Shown: positions 27,676-37,893 of the stretch, in pieces
Numbering within the stretch: position 1 is the first letter of the stretch
Layout of the letters: each line of letters begins with the position of its first letter
NCBI GenBank assembly: GCA_042576345.1
Contig: JBHPCE010000001.1
Span: 1-61,831 of the forward strand
Direction: 5' to 3'
Length of the DNA stretch: 61,831 nt
Origin: Candidatus Babelota bacterium
GTDB lineage: Bacteria > Babelota > Babeliae > Babelales > GCA-2401785
The notes under the pieces: generated by a model
Seen by the model: the letters and a program-made list of their open reading frames with translations, nothing else
Database searches by the model: none
What the model was told of the DNA's origin: nothing
Position numbers and translations under genes: made by a program

Positions 27676-29193
27676 TTAAATAGCTACTCTTACAGCCTTT
27701 TCTTCTTCAACAACCTTCACCATTGAGTCGACAAGTTTGTTAAGCCCAACGGCTCTAGAAGCTTTAACCAAAACAAGAGCACCTGGCTTCATAATTTTGC
27801 CCAACAGCTCCTTTGCATCTTGTACACTTTCTACAGTTGTAGTCCTTAAAGTAATCGGTACAGTCTTTGCTACAAATTTTGCCCTCTCACCTATCAAAAT
27901 TACGTGAGAAAAACTTCTAACGTGTCTGAAAACCCTACCAACCTGGCGATGCCAAAAAATCTCTTTCTCGCCAAGTTCAAGCATGTCTCCAAGAACTGCT
28001 ATTTTCTGTTCCGCATGCATTGCATCAACAGCCTCTAAAGCTGCCCTCATGCTTTCCGGACTCGCGTTGTAGCAATCGCTTATAATCAAACTCTTTCCGT
28101 CAGCCGACAGTCTTGTTTCAAACCTTTCTGGTACACCAGAAAATTCTTGAACTGCAGCGATAATTTTAGCATCTTCAACCCCAAGAACGGTTGAAACCGC
28201 CATTGCTGCAAGAGAATTTTGTACAACACCTTCGTGCCAACCCTTTAATGAAACTTCAACTCTCGTTTTGTAAAGTTTAAGCCTGAAATTCGTTTTATAC
28301 TCTCCCTCATCCGACCTGACACGCCTCACTTTTCTAGCCTGAACCTGATTTTTTGTCTTTTGACCAAATTTAACAACCGGGCACAGAAACGACCTTTCTG
28401 CAAGCTCAGCCTGATCTCCGTTTACAACGCCAATATCCGTAGCCCCAAAATTTTTGAAAAGCTGACACTTTTCTATGGCAACTTCTGATGTCGACTCCAA
28501 ACCCTCAAGATGGTTATGTGCAACGCAGGTCACAGCACCTATTGTCGGTCTTAAAAGATCTGCAATTTGCGCCATCTCTCCCTTTGAATTGATCCCGATT
28601 TCAAAAACCCCAACTTCGTGCTCAGGATTCATCTTAAGAATAGATAAGGAAACGCCTAAAATCGTATTGTAGTTTCCTCTAGAGACTAATGCTTTTTTTT
28701 CAGCTTTTTTCAAAATCAACTTGACCATCTCTTTGGTTGTTGTCTTACCCAGTGAACCAGTTATTCCAACTATTGGGCATGTAAACGTCGATCGCCAAGA
28801 ATATGCTAGCTTGATCAGAGATTGAACTGTCGATTCCACACAGATTATCAATTTTCCGTGCAACAATTTTTCTGGAACATCATTTAAAAAATTTAGGCCT
28901 GATTTTTCGATAATCAAACCGGCCGCTCCAGATTTTAGCGCTTGCAATATAAACAAGTGTCCATCAACACGTGCGCCTGGAATGGCACAGTAAATTTCTC
29001 CTTTTTTTATTGTACGACTATCTATCGAAAACTCACACCCAAGACCGGAGTCGCTCTCTAATTCAATCTCCGTTTTACTACACTCACTACAGCTGCAACT
29101 TTTCAGACCACTCCGCTCACCGTCACCACCGAGCCCAATCCAAAAATCTGAACCTTCGAGCACAGCCTTGAGAAAATCCCCCATAATCCTCAT
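27676..29193 (-). CDS. murF: UDP-N-acetylmuramoyl-tripeptide--D-alanyl-D-alanine ligase
   Basis: It carries GITGSLGKTTTKEM and DCYNASPESMRAALEAV, the MurF-type C-terminal motif. Confidence 0.85.
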   Translation of the reverse strand: MRIMGDFLKAVLEGSDFWIGLGGDGERSGLKSCSCSECSKTEIELESDSGLGCEFSIDSRTIKKGEIYCAIPGARVDGHLFILQALKSGAAGLIIEKSGLNFLNDVPEKLLHGKLIICVESTVQSLIKLAYSWRSTFTCPIVGITGSLGKTTTKEMVKLILKKAEKKALVSRGNYNTILGVSLSILKMNPEHEVGVFEIGINSKGEMAQIADLLRPTIGAVTCVAHNHLEGLESTSEVAIEKCQLFKNFGATDIGVVNGDQAELAERSFLCPVVKFGQKTKNQVQARKVRRVRSDEGEYKTNFRLKLYKTRVEVSLKGWHEGVVQNSLAAMAVSTVLGVEDAKIIAAVQEFSGVPERFETRLSADGKSLIISDCYNASPESMRAALEAVDAMHAEQKIAVLGDMLELGEKEIFWHRQVGRVFRHVRSFSHVILIGERAKFVAKTVPITLRTTTVESVQDAKELLGKIMKPGALVLVKASRAVGLNKLVDSMVKVVEEEKAVRVAI

Positions 29194-29388
29194 CGCGTAC
29201 TATTCCTTCCAAAAAAATAAATTTAAAAAATGTACATATAAAACTCAAAACTCAATTGCTCCATACTGAAAAACTACGTAGTTACGCGCCGCTGTCAAGG
29301 GGTATGCACATTACAAAAACACTAAAATCGACCCTTTGCCCCTATCTTTGAGCCATAAAAATCTTGAAAAATAAATAAAAAACGTTGT

Positions 29389-31152
29389 TTAGAGCACCTT
29401 ACGAGGCTTACTACCTTGCGCTGGAGCTACAATTCCTTCTCGTTCTAGCTGATCAATTATTCTGGCAGATCTATTAAAACCTATTTTTAATTGTCGTTGC
29501 AGCATTGAAATCGAAATTTCATCCCTAGATTTTACAAACTCAACGGCATTTCCATACAAATCGTCCAACTCATCCACCTCAAAACCACTTCCCAAAATTT
29601 CAATATCTTTCAGCTCAACATAATTCGGAATGGCTGCTGCGCGTAAATAACTAGCCAAGCGCTCAACCTGATCACCTAAAACAAATGAACCGTGCAACCT
29701 ACGCAGGTACGGTACCGAAGGATGCATGAAAAGCATATCACCACGTCCAATCAACTTTTCTGCACCTGACGCATCCAAAATTGTCCTAGAATCAACTTTT
29801 GACGAAACTCTAAAGGCAATCCTGCTTGGAAAATTAACTTTTATTAAACCGGTCACAACGTCGACAGATGGACGTTGCGTGGCGACAACCATGTGTATCC
29901 CTGCAGCACGAGCCATTTGAGCAATTCTTACTAAATATCCTTCAACATCTCTTCCACCAATCATCATAAGGTCGGCAAGTTCATCTACAACAACCACAAT
30001 AAAGGGCATCTTTTCAAATTCATCATCACAACCCAAAACTTCTAATTTTTCTTGATACTCAGAAATATTACGAACACCCAACTTTGCCATAAACTCGTAT
30101 CGACGCTCCATTTCGAAGGACAGCCACTTGAGCGCACTTGTAGCTTTTTCGACATGGGTAATTACAGGAAAAAGAAGATACGGAATGTCGTAGTACGGCG
30201 CAAATTCAAGACGCTTTGGATCAATTAAAACTAACTTCAACTCATCAGGATTTTTTGACATCAAAAGACTGGAGATTATTGAGTGCATACACACCGACTT
30301 TCCAGACCCAGTTGAACCTGCAACCAAGAGATGAGGCATTTGGGAAAGATCTTCTATTACGGGTTGTCCAACACCATCGGCACCCAAAACCAAAGGAAGC
30401 TTTGCTCTATTTTTTTGCCATACTGGTGAACACAAAAGTTCATCAAAAAATACACTCTGAGGTTTTTTATGAGCAATTTCAAATCCAACAGCATTTTTCC
30501 CGGGAATCGGCGCCAAAATTCTGACACTCATAGCCGTCATGGCCATTGTCAAATCATCTTCAAGCGCCAAAATTTTACTTATTTTCGTCTCTGCAGCAGG
30601 CCTGTACTCAAATTGAGTAATGACCGGTCCTGGCCTGATTGCGGTAATTTTTCCTTTTATTCCAAATTTTCCGAGCTTTTCTTCCAAAAGTTTTGCCAAA
30701 TTTTCAGCCTCTTCCATATCAACGCAAATTTCACTGTCACGGCTGCACCGACTCTGCAAAATAACATCAATATCGGGCGGCAGTTTAACACCACTTTCCA
30801 GAACCATTGAACTATGAGCGGATTTCGTCTTTCTCTGAGCCTTTTTTGCAGGAATTCTCTTAACCTGTTTTGTCGACGTTTTTGAAATCGAAACATCATC
30901 AAATATGTAGACAATTTTGGGCCAAACAAAACTAAACAATTGCCACAATCTTATGGGCAAAATTACAAATTCGAACATCATAAAATTTATAACAAACATG
31001 AGAGGCCGCAAAAATAACCAAGCAAAAGAAAAGAAGACAAAAGTTAAAACTCTAAAAATTCCCCAAGAAATTTTACAGATTATCTTCCAAAGGAAAAGTA
31101 AAAAAATTGTTTCCCAATCATTTCGGTAAGCCTGTCTTTTTCTGCGTGACAT
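29389..31152 (-). CDS. ftsK: DNA translocase FtsK/SpoIIIE
   Basis: It has N-terminal TM segments, Walker A VAGSTGSGKSV, Walker B VVVVDELADLMM, and ATQRPSVDVVTGLIKVNFPSRIAFRVSSKVDSRTILD. A C-terminal gamma-like domain is present. Confidence 0.9.
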   Translation of the reverse strand: MSRRKRQAYRNDWETIFLLFLWKIICKISWGIFRVLTFVFFSFAWLFLRPLMFVINFMMFEFVILPIRLWQLFSFVWPKIVYIFDDVSISKTSTKQVKRIPAKKAQRKTKSAHSSMVLESGVKLPPDIDVILQSRCSRDSEICVDMEEAENLAKLLEEKLGKFGIKGKITAIRPGPVITQFEYRPAAETKISKILALEDDLTMAMTAMSVRILAPIPGKNAVGFEIAHKKPQSVFFDELLCSPVWQKNRAKLPLVLGADGVGQPVIEDLSQMPHLLVAGSTGSGKSVCMHSIISSLLMSKNPDELKLVLIDPKRLEFAPYYDIPYLLFPVITHVEKATSALKWLSFEMERRYEFMAKLGVRNISEYQEKLEVLGCDDEFEKMPFIVVVVDELADLMMIGGRDVEGYLVRIAQMARAAGIHMVVATQRPSVDVVTGLIKVNFPSRIAFRVSSKVDSRTILDASGAEKLIGRGDMLFMHPSVPYLRRLHGSFVLGDQVERLASYLRAAAIPNYVELKDIEILGSGFEVDELDDLYGNAVEFVKSRDEISISMLQRQLKIGFNRSARIIDQLEREGIVAPAQGSKPRKVL

Positions 31153-31705
31153 AATTTCGCCCCCAAAACTTAAAAATCTTTAAATCATCTCTGTAAGTCT
31201 AGAGGATAAGTAGACAGAATTTCGAGAAACCCCATCTACGCATACAACGATTTACTCAGTATTATCGCACGATTTGTAAAACTCTTGTAAAGAGGGTGCT
31301 ACCGGCTTTAGCCTTGGTTCGAAAACGCGAAAACATTGACAGGAAGCGCTCAAGAGAACGGTAGATGAGCTGTGAGCTCTTGCAGATACACTTCAGAAAA
31401 TTATACGATTATGGTTGCCTCAAATCTGGCAAGGTGTGCTAGAAAGATGAGGTATTTAGTTGTAACGTATGTTTTTTCTTAATGAGAGGAGGACAGTAAA
31501 AAACACTGCCTCCACAGGGCAAGCGCTATTGCGTTTGTCTATCTATCCTGGAAACTGAGCATTCCGTGGAGTGTGACAGATTGACAGTGATAGAGCGAGG
31601 GGTAGTAAGTGCGTATAGGCCACTGAACGTGGTCTTTTTGGAAGTGAGTTTGGTCGTCTCTGGGCAAAATGCCCTGTAGAAAGACAGACGGAGAAGGAAT
31701 TCATA

Positions 31706-33160
31706 ATGAACAGAAGCGTAACGCGCTTGCTCGCAGCCGCGCTCTTAGTCAGTACTGCGGCTATCGCGGGATCGAAGACGGAAACAAACCGTCCCTTTAT
31801 AAACACAAAGGACTTCAGAAACAGAGTGGAATCATTAACAATATTCCACAAAGCTCTGGCTTACGAGTCAGACAAGTTAATCGGCGGCAATGTACAAGTT
31901 GTGCCATTTTATCTTCAACAAAAAGATTCATCACGAGATGAACTTGGTAAGGGTTTCGGTGTAGACCACCTACAAAACATTATATTCGATGATGCAACGG
32001 GAATTGCTGCCGCACCCTCTACCAATGGCTACGTGGATGCTGGTTATCTAATTCACGAGGAAGACAGCTCCACAGACGGTACTGCATACAGCAAACTAGA
32101 AATAAAACCGAGACACAAAGCATATGGTGTAAACGTCGACTACTGCCACAAACTAGACGAACTTGCAGATGGACTGTGGTTCAGAGTTTGCACAGGTCTT
32201 GTAAAAGTAGAACATTTACTTGGCCTTACATGGGCTTCAGAAGCACAGGTTGACACAACACACCCATATGTTTCTCAATACCTTGATGGCTCCACAGAAA
32301 CTACCGACGCTGCCGACTTAACTAAACTACTAACACACGGCAAGATGGATGGTGAAACTAGAGATGAGTCGGGTTTCAACGACGTTGAAGCAATGATTGG
32401 CTGGAACTTCGTTGAAAAAGACAATGCAAAAATGGCTCTTTCAGTCGGAATTGTAATTCCAACAGGTAACGAGCCAACAGCAGAATATCGTTTTGAACCT
32501 CTGTACGGCACACGCCACTTCCAATTTGGCGTTGGTCTTACAGGTTGTGGCACACTGTGGGAAAAAGACGAAAACAAATTTAAAGCTGTTTTCGATGCCC
32601 ACTACAGGTATGCATTTGAGCGTGAAGTAAAACGTTTGGTTGGTATTAAAGACACCGATTATGGCTTTTACTATCTCCTACAACAAACAGGCGCTGCAGC
32701 TGCGACAAAACTTATTCCTGCTGCCAACTTGCTGGCAATGGATCTTAAGGTAACACCTGGAAGCTCCTTTGATGGTACAGCAATGCTAACCTTCTGCTCC
32801 AAGTGGTTTGTAGTTGATGCTGGTTACAACTTTTATGGTTGCCAATCACAAAAACCAACCATAAAAGACTGGACAGACGACACCTACTACAAAGTAGATA
32901 AGGCGTACGATACAAGTGCAACATGGGCAACAAACGCCTCAGCACTTCAAGGTACAGCAATTAACAAAACCAATCTCGACAAAGACATCGACAGCCAGAT
33001 GATCCACAAAGTCTTTGCTGCGGCAGGCGTTGTAACCACCGAATGGGATTATCCTGTAACATTCGGAATTGGTGGTTCAATAGAGTTTGTCCAAGGAGCT
33101 AAGAAGCAAATTACACCTGCCAACTACGAAGTATTTGGCAAAGTTGGAATTTCCTTCTAG
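31706..33160 (+). CDS. Putative outer-membrane beta-barrel protein (porin-like), paralog 1
   Basis: The signal peptide reads MNRSVTRLLAAALLVSTAAIAG. The sequence is rich in aromatic/Gly alternation. It ends in a C-terminal Phe (FGKVGISF). Confidence 0.6.
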   Translation: MNRSVTRLLAAALLVSTAAIAGSKTETNRPFINTKDFRNRVESLTIFHKALAYESDKLIGGNVQVVPFYLQQKDSSRDELGKGFGVDHLQNIIFDDATGIAAAPSTNGYVDAGYLIHEEDSSTDGTAYSKLEIKPRHKAYGVNVDYCHKLDELADGLWFRVCTGLVKVEHLLGLTWASEAQVDTTHPYVSQYLDGSTETTDAADLTKLLTHGKMDGETRDESGFNDVEAMIGWNFVEKDNAKMALSVGIVIPTGNEPTAEYRFEPLYGTRHFQFGVGLTGCGTLWEKDENKFKAVFDAHYRYAFEREVKRLVGIKDTDYGFYYLLQQTGAAAATKLIPAANLLAMDLKVTPGSSFDGTAMLTFCSKWFVVDAGYNFYGCQSQKPTIKDWTDDTYYKVDKAYDTSATWATNASALQGTAINKTNLDKDIDSQMIHKVFAAAGVVTTEWDYPVTFGIGGSIEFVQGAKKQITPANYEVFGKVGISF

Positions 33161-33182
33161 GAAAACTCCTACAAAGTCTAGC

Positions 33183-33204
33183 GGGGCTGAAATAATTCAG
33201 CCCC
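33183..33204 (+). terminator. Hairpin 1 downstream of OMP paralog 1
   Basis: The sequence is GGGGCTGAA-ataa-TTCAGCCCC. Confidence 0.6.
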
Positions 33205-33230
33205 ACAGACATACAAAAAAGATACCATCC

Positions 33231-33263
33231 GAGGGTCGCAGTATGCGACCCTCAGATTTTTTT
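33231..33263 (+). terminator. Rho-independent terminator
   Basis: GAGGGTCGCA-gta-TGCGACCCTC forms a 10-bp stem. It is followed by agaTTTTTTT. Confidence 0.85.
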
Positions 33264-33675
33264 AAAAAAAATAGCAAAAATAACATTCCTAATTATTTTT
33301 TTTTCACCGTCCATAGGTGCCAAAACACAACTCTTAAAAATTAATTGCCAAATCTAAAAAACTTTAGCGGAACAACGCTTTTAACCCCTAAAAGTAATAA
33401 GACTTTTGCGAAAATTACGTATATCCTCTCCAGTGGAACTGATCCATGCAAAACCCAAACCCTTGTCAAGGTCTTAAAAGGGGTTTATGTTAATCGGCGA
33501 TCGTTCTATATCTTAGGGGAAAAGTCTTTGAAACAAAGGCAGATTAAAAGAGAGGAGGGAAAGAGCCCCTCCAGAATATTCGAGGGGCAAGGGTGTTGAG
33601 CATTATTTCTTCAAAAGTTGATTTCGGTCTTATAGGTCTTAGAAAATTTAAATTTTTATAGTTGGGGGATTTCGA

Positions 33676-35148
33676 ATGAACCGATCAATTTCGCGTTTGC
33701 TCGCGTCCGTGCTCATCGTAAGCTGTGCTTTCGTAGCAAATGCAGTAACAAGCTCGGAAACAAATAGCACCATGTTAAGACTAAGGGATTATCGTAACCG
33801 TGCCGAAATGGCAACAATATTTCACAAAGCAGTTGAACTTAAATCAGATGATAGAGCAAATGGCAACTTAGAAATCATGCCATTCTATCGTCAAACATAT
33901 CACAGGGATAAACTCGGTAAAGGTATTGGTGTAAACCACAAAAACACATTCACAATCAAAGACACAGCTGTTGGAACAGGCGTTGCAACTGCACCTGTAT
34001 CAGGGGCAGACGTCAACGGTGCATACTTAATTCACAAATTGGATGCTGCTGGTAGCTCATACTACACAACAGTAAACCTAAAACCAAAACACTATGCATT
34101 CGGTGCAAACATCGACTTCTTCATGAACCTAGACAACCTTGTAGAAGGTCTGTACTTTGACGTGAATACAGCTATTGCCAAAGCATACAACAAAGTTGGA
34201 TTGATTCTTAGCAGCACACAAAACGTTGCTACATATCCAACATGGGAAACCTACTTTACAGGAGCAGCTGGAACAGTCGCCAACAACGAACAAAATGCTC
34301 TTGCTAAAGCAAAACTGAACTATGACAGCTATGTAGATAAAGGCGGAGTTGAAGATCCAGAACTCTTGATCGGCTACAATTTTGTAGACAACGATTCAGG
34401 AAAAGTAAGCGTAAACGTCGGAGCTTCTATTCCAACAGGCACAGACCCAACACGCGAATACACATTTGAGCCTCTTGTAGGTAGCCGCCACTTCAAGCTT
34501 GGCCTTGGCCTTAAAGCTTGCGCCAATCTATGGGAAAGCGAAAAGGAAGGTGGAACAAAACAAGAGCTTAAAGCCGTGTTCGACCTCAACTATCGTTATG
34601 CCTTCAAACGCGACATGTTGTTAACTCCACGTCTCAAAGTTAATGGCACAGCAACACAATGGGGTCACTACTACCTCATAGGTGAAATTACAGCAGCAAG
34701 CACCACAGCATTCGATCCTGCAGCAAACATCATCACACTTACCTATGAAGTAAAACCAGGCAACATGTTTGATGGAAACGCCTTGCTTTCATACAGTCAT
34801 GGATGCTTTGTTGGAGACCTTGGTGTAGCAGTTGAATTTAAAGAGTCACACACACCAACACTAAAAAGCTCATGGGATGACACCAAATATGGTGTAGCAT
34901 ATGACGATTCAAGTCTTGCATCAGATGCCTTCACAACATCCGAGAGCGTTGCATTGCTTAAGGCTCACTTTGATCCAAAAATCGAAAGCATGTGCCTATT
35001 CAAAGTCTTTGCAGCAGCTGGTGCAGTTATGACCGACTGGGATTATCCTGTCACCTTCGGCGTTGGTGCTGACGTTGACATCGCAAGCAAACAGCAGATC
35101 ACTCCAGAAAACTGGAAGGTCTTCGGCAAGGTCGGCATTACCTTTTAA
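33676..35148 (+). CDS. Putative outer-membrane beta-barrel protein (porin-like), paralog 2
   Basis: It begins MNRSISRLLASVLIVSCAFVANA and ends FGKVGITF. It shares blocks with paralog 1 (NLEIMPFY, GAYLIH, EPL.G.RHF.LG.GL, KVFAAAG.V.T.WDYPVTFG.G). Confidence 0.6.
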   Translation: MNRSISRLLASVLIVSCAFVANAVTSSETNSTMLRLRDYRNRAEMATIFHKAVELKSDDRANGNLEIMPFYRQTYHRDKLGKGIGVNHKNTFTIKDTAVGTGVATAPVSGADVNGAYLIHKLDAAGSSYYTTVNLKPKHYAFGANIDFFMNLDNLVEGLYFDVNTAIAKAYNKVGLILSSTQNVATYPTWETYFTGAAGTVANNEQNALAKAKLNYDSYVDKGGVEDPELLIGYNFVDNDSGKVSVNVGASIPTGTDPTREYTFEPLVGSRHFKLGLGLKACANLWESEKEGGTKQELKAVFDLNYRYAFKRDMLLTPRLKVNGTATQWGHYYLIGEITAASTTAFDPAANIITLTYEVKPGNMFDGNALLSYSHGCFVGDLGVAVEFKESHTPTLKSSWDDTKYGVAYDDSSLASDAFTTSESVALLKAHFDPKIESMCLFKVFAAAGAVMTDWDYPVTFGVGADVDIASKQQITPENWKVFGKVGITF

Positions 35149-35215
35149 AAAAGGTACGCTGAGTTTCTACCGTCACGCAGTTAACTCTGCTGGCGGCGGA
35201 AGACCGAAATCAAAC

Positions 35216-35249
35216 AAAGGGTCGCTCTGTGCGGCCCTTTGTTATTTTT
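35216..35249 (+). terminator. Rho-independent terminator
   Basis: AAAGGGTCGC-tctgt-GCGGCCCTTT forms a stem with one G.T pair. It is followed by gttaTTTTT. Confidence 0.75.
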
Positions 35250-35351
35250 CACCCAATCACCTAACCTCCAATTATTGCATTACCCAAACACCCTCCAGTA
35301 GGCTTTTTTGCGTCACTTTTAGCTCTTAAAGAAAACTGGAGGCAAAGCAAA

Positions 35352-37814
35352 ATGAAAACCTTTGCAAAAAATAACAAAAAATTGGCCATAACCTTTATCA
35401 TCGTCTCTACAACTTTGTTTGCAGATATTCCAGCTTCTTATGAAAGGCTTTTTCGCGAGCAAGAAAGTCACATAAAGGGCTTGGAAGAACAGCTTTCTCT
35501 TGTCAGTACAGAGTTAGAAAAAGAAAAAGCTAATTCAGCACAACTGCGTGAGCTAACAGAAAAGCACCAAGGCCTTTTACACAGTTTTGACAAACTAAAA
35601 CTTATAAAAACAAAAATTCAAAAGGAGCTCGCACAGACAAAAGAACGCCTGTCTGATCTGAAAAAATATTACTCTCTTGAACTTAAAGAGGCTGATATCC
35701 GCGAAAAAAGAATGCTGCGCGCAAGCACCAAGGTCACCGACACCTTGCACGAGCGCGAAAAAAGAATCTCTGAATTGGAGGGCCGAATCTTGGCACTCAC
35801 AACCGACATAAAGCAATCACACGCTCGCTATGTGGAACTTGCCAGCGGCCTTGAAGCAAAACAAAAAATAGAATCAAAAAAACAAGCCGCATTCAAACGA
35901 GAGTTTGAAAACATGCGAATCGATTTTGAGAAAACCCACAGACAAGCTTCTATCAAAGAACAGGAGCTCGAAAAAACTCTTAGAGAAAACAAAACATTAA
36001 ACACTCTTCTTTCAGCAACAAGAGAAGAAGCCAACAAAGCTTTTACCTCGCGGATGAAATCACTGAAAAACAAATATGAGCATGCAGAAAAAGAAATTGT
36101 AAAACACAAAGAAACTAGGAAAAAAATAGAGAAAAAAATGGCCAACATGCGCAAAGAACTCAATATGACCAACACAATTCTTCACACAACGTCCAAAACA
36201 AAAAATGCCCTGTTCAACGAAAAAATTGAACTAAAAAAACTTCTCGTGGAAACTGCAAAAGACCTGGAATACAAAATTGAACGCTTAGAAAAAGATTTAG
36301 ATAACTACAAATTTGCGTCGGCCGAAAAAGATAAGCTGATAGCAGAAATGAAGGAAACTCATGAAAAATTCGACAAAGTTTTAGCAGAGAAAAATCACGC
36401 ACAAGAAAGAGCTTACAACTACAAACGTGATTTGGAACAAACAACCACCCTTCTCTCTTCACTAACCCAAGAAATCAAAAACCTGAAAACCGAAAAGAAA
36501 ACTTTAAAAGAACATGCAGAAAGCATCATTAATAAAAACAAAGAACTAGCACATAAAAATATCCAGTTCAAAGGCGTTTCCAATGACCTTGATACCGCCT
36601 TAAGTGAACTAGAAACCACAAAATCACTCCTAAGACAAAAAGATGAACAACTACAGGCGTATATGAACATGGAAGTGAAAACAAAACGTTCCATAAACGA
36701 TCTTAAAATTGAATTTGCCGACACTGTAGCACTTTTAGACACATCAAAAGGATTTGGTTCCCGTCGAGATGTAAGCGAAAAAATCTCGAAAAAATTGATT
36801 GACCTGAGTGGTGCCTTGGCAAGAGAAACCGAAATTAATGCAATGCTTAGAAAAGAACTTGCATTGATAAAAGAAGAAGTTGAAAGCAAGCTGCTTTCCT
36901 TGACCGCCTCGCTAGATAAAGTTGAGCGTGAACGAAATGTATTGTCGATAACAGAAACGGCATTCAGGGACAAAATTGGTGCACTCGACAGCATGGTTAG
37001 GGGTGTGCTCATAAACCGCGAGGGAGATCTTGGCGAAAAAATCGCAGAACTCGCCCTAAACCTGAAGCGCTCACAAACCGCTACAGAATCTTTAAGACAA
37101 AAATTAGCAAGGAAAAGAAGAGGAGCTGCCGCTGTTTCTCAAAGGCACAAGTTGGAACTCACATCAATGGCAAAAGATCTGAAAATATTCAGAAAACAGC
37201 TTGGACAGTCTCAAGAAAAACTAGTAGCACAGGCAAATGAACATCGCAAAGAAAACGAAGCTATCGTCAAAAAACAGGCTCACATCACATGTGACTTAGA
37301 AAATGCCCTTTCTGGAATTCGTGATCGGGATAAAAAAATTGAAAAACTTACCGCTGCAAACGAGACAATAAAAACAAAAACTCAACAACTTCTCGCCTCT
37401 CTTGGTTTTGACGGAGAAAAAGGAAAAGAAGCCCTGAAAGCAAATTACTTAAGAATGATTGCCGAAAAAGAATTAAGTTCTATTCCATTTAGCGACCTTC
37501 AAAGCGGAAAAGCACGCCTTTCCTCGGGTCTTGTAAGCATTCTGAAAGATGGACGTGTTTTAGGACAAATGATAGAAGATTATGGAATGGCAGCTTACAT
37601 CGACAACGCCAGCAGTAAAGACAAATGCGGAACACTTTATAAATTATTCTTGGCAAAAAAACGCCTTACCCCAGAGCCCGACAAAAATCTCTCACCGCTA
37701 TTTAAACGCTATACCTCGATTGCCCAAAAACATCTCAAAACAAAAAAAATTGGCAAGATTGCTTTGCACGACCTTGAAGCGAGAGAAAACCCTCTGTCAC
37801 AAGCCATTTTTTAA
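35352..37814 (+). CDS. Large coiled-coil protein (820 aa) with an N-terminal hydrophobic anchor/signal
   Basis: KKLAITFIIVSTTLFA is followed by roughly 700 aa of heptad-like, K/E/L/Q-rich sequence. The RBS GGAGG lies upstream. Confidence 0.7.
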   Translation: MKTFAKNNKKLAITFIIVSTTLFADIPASYERLFREQESHIKGLEEQLSLVSTELEKEKANSAQLRELTEKHQGLLHSFDKLKLIKTKIQKELAQTKERLSDLKKYYSLELKEADIREKRMLRASTKVTDTLHEREKRISELEGRILALTTDIKQSHARYVELASGLEAKQKIESKKQAAFKREFENMRIDFEKTHRQASIKEQELEKTLRENKTLNTLLSATREEANKAFTSRMKSLKNKYEHAEKEIVKHKETRKKIEKKMANMRKELNMTNTILHTTSKTKNALFNEKIELKKLLVETAKDLEYKIERLEKDLDNYKFASAEKDKLIAEMKETHEKFDKVLAEKNHAQERAYNYKRDLEQTTTLLSSLTQEIKNLKTEKKTLKEHAESIINKNKELAHKNIQFKGVSNDLDTALSELETTKSLLRQKDEQLQAYMNMEVKTKRSINDLKIEFADTVALLDTSKGFGSRRDVSEKISKKLIDLSGALARETEINAMLRKELALIKEEVESKLLSLTASLDKVERERNVLSITETAFRDKIGALDSMVRGVLINREGDLGEKIAELALNLKRSQTATESLRQKLARKRRGAAAVSQRHKLELTSMAKDLKIFRKQLGQSQEKLVAQANEHRKENEAIVKKQAHITCDLENALSGIRDRDKKIEKLTAANETIKTKTQQLLASLGFDGEKGKEALKANYLRMIAEKELSSIPFSDLQSGKARLSSGLVSILKDGRVLGQMIEDYGMAAYIDNASSKDKCGTLYKLFLAKKRLTPEPDKNLSPLFKRYTSIAQKHLKTKKIGKIALHDLEARENPLSQAIF

Positions 37815-37893
37815 GAACAATTTTCGTCCTTGCCACATCACTTTTTTTCTTCTACAGTGAGACACATGTTTTATCATAAAAAGCCATAGGAGC

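Noticed and set aside
31485-31530. GAGGAGG...CCTCCACAGGGCAAGCG resembles the RNase P RNA CR-I region (GAGGAAAGUCC..CUCCAUAGGGCAGGGUG).
   Set aside because: The other universally conserved RNase P blocks (e.g. ACAGAACCCGGCUUA, GGUAAGAGCGCACC) are absent. A second similar copy precedes the paralogous OMP gene. The region runs directly into an RBS and ATG. It is better explained as a shared leader element.
35595-37012. Several 70-200-aa minus-strand ORFs lie inside the coiled-coil gene.
   Set aside because: These are antisense artefacts of AAG/GAA-rich coding sequence. Their translations are low-complexity S/F/L-rich.
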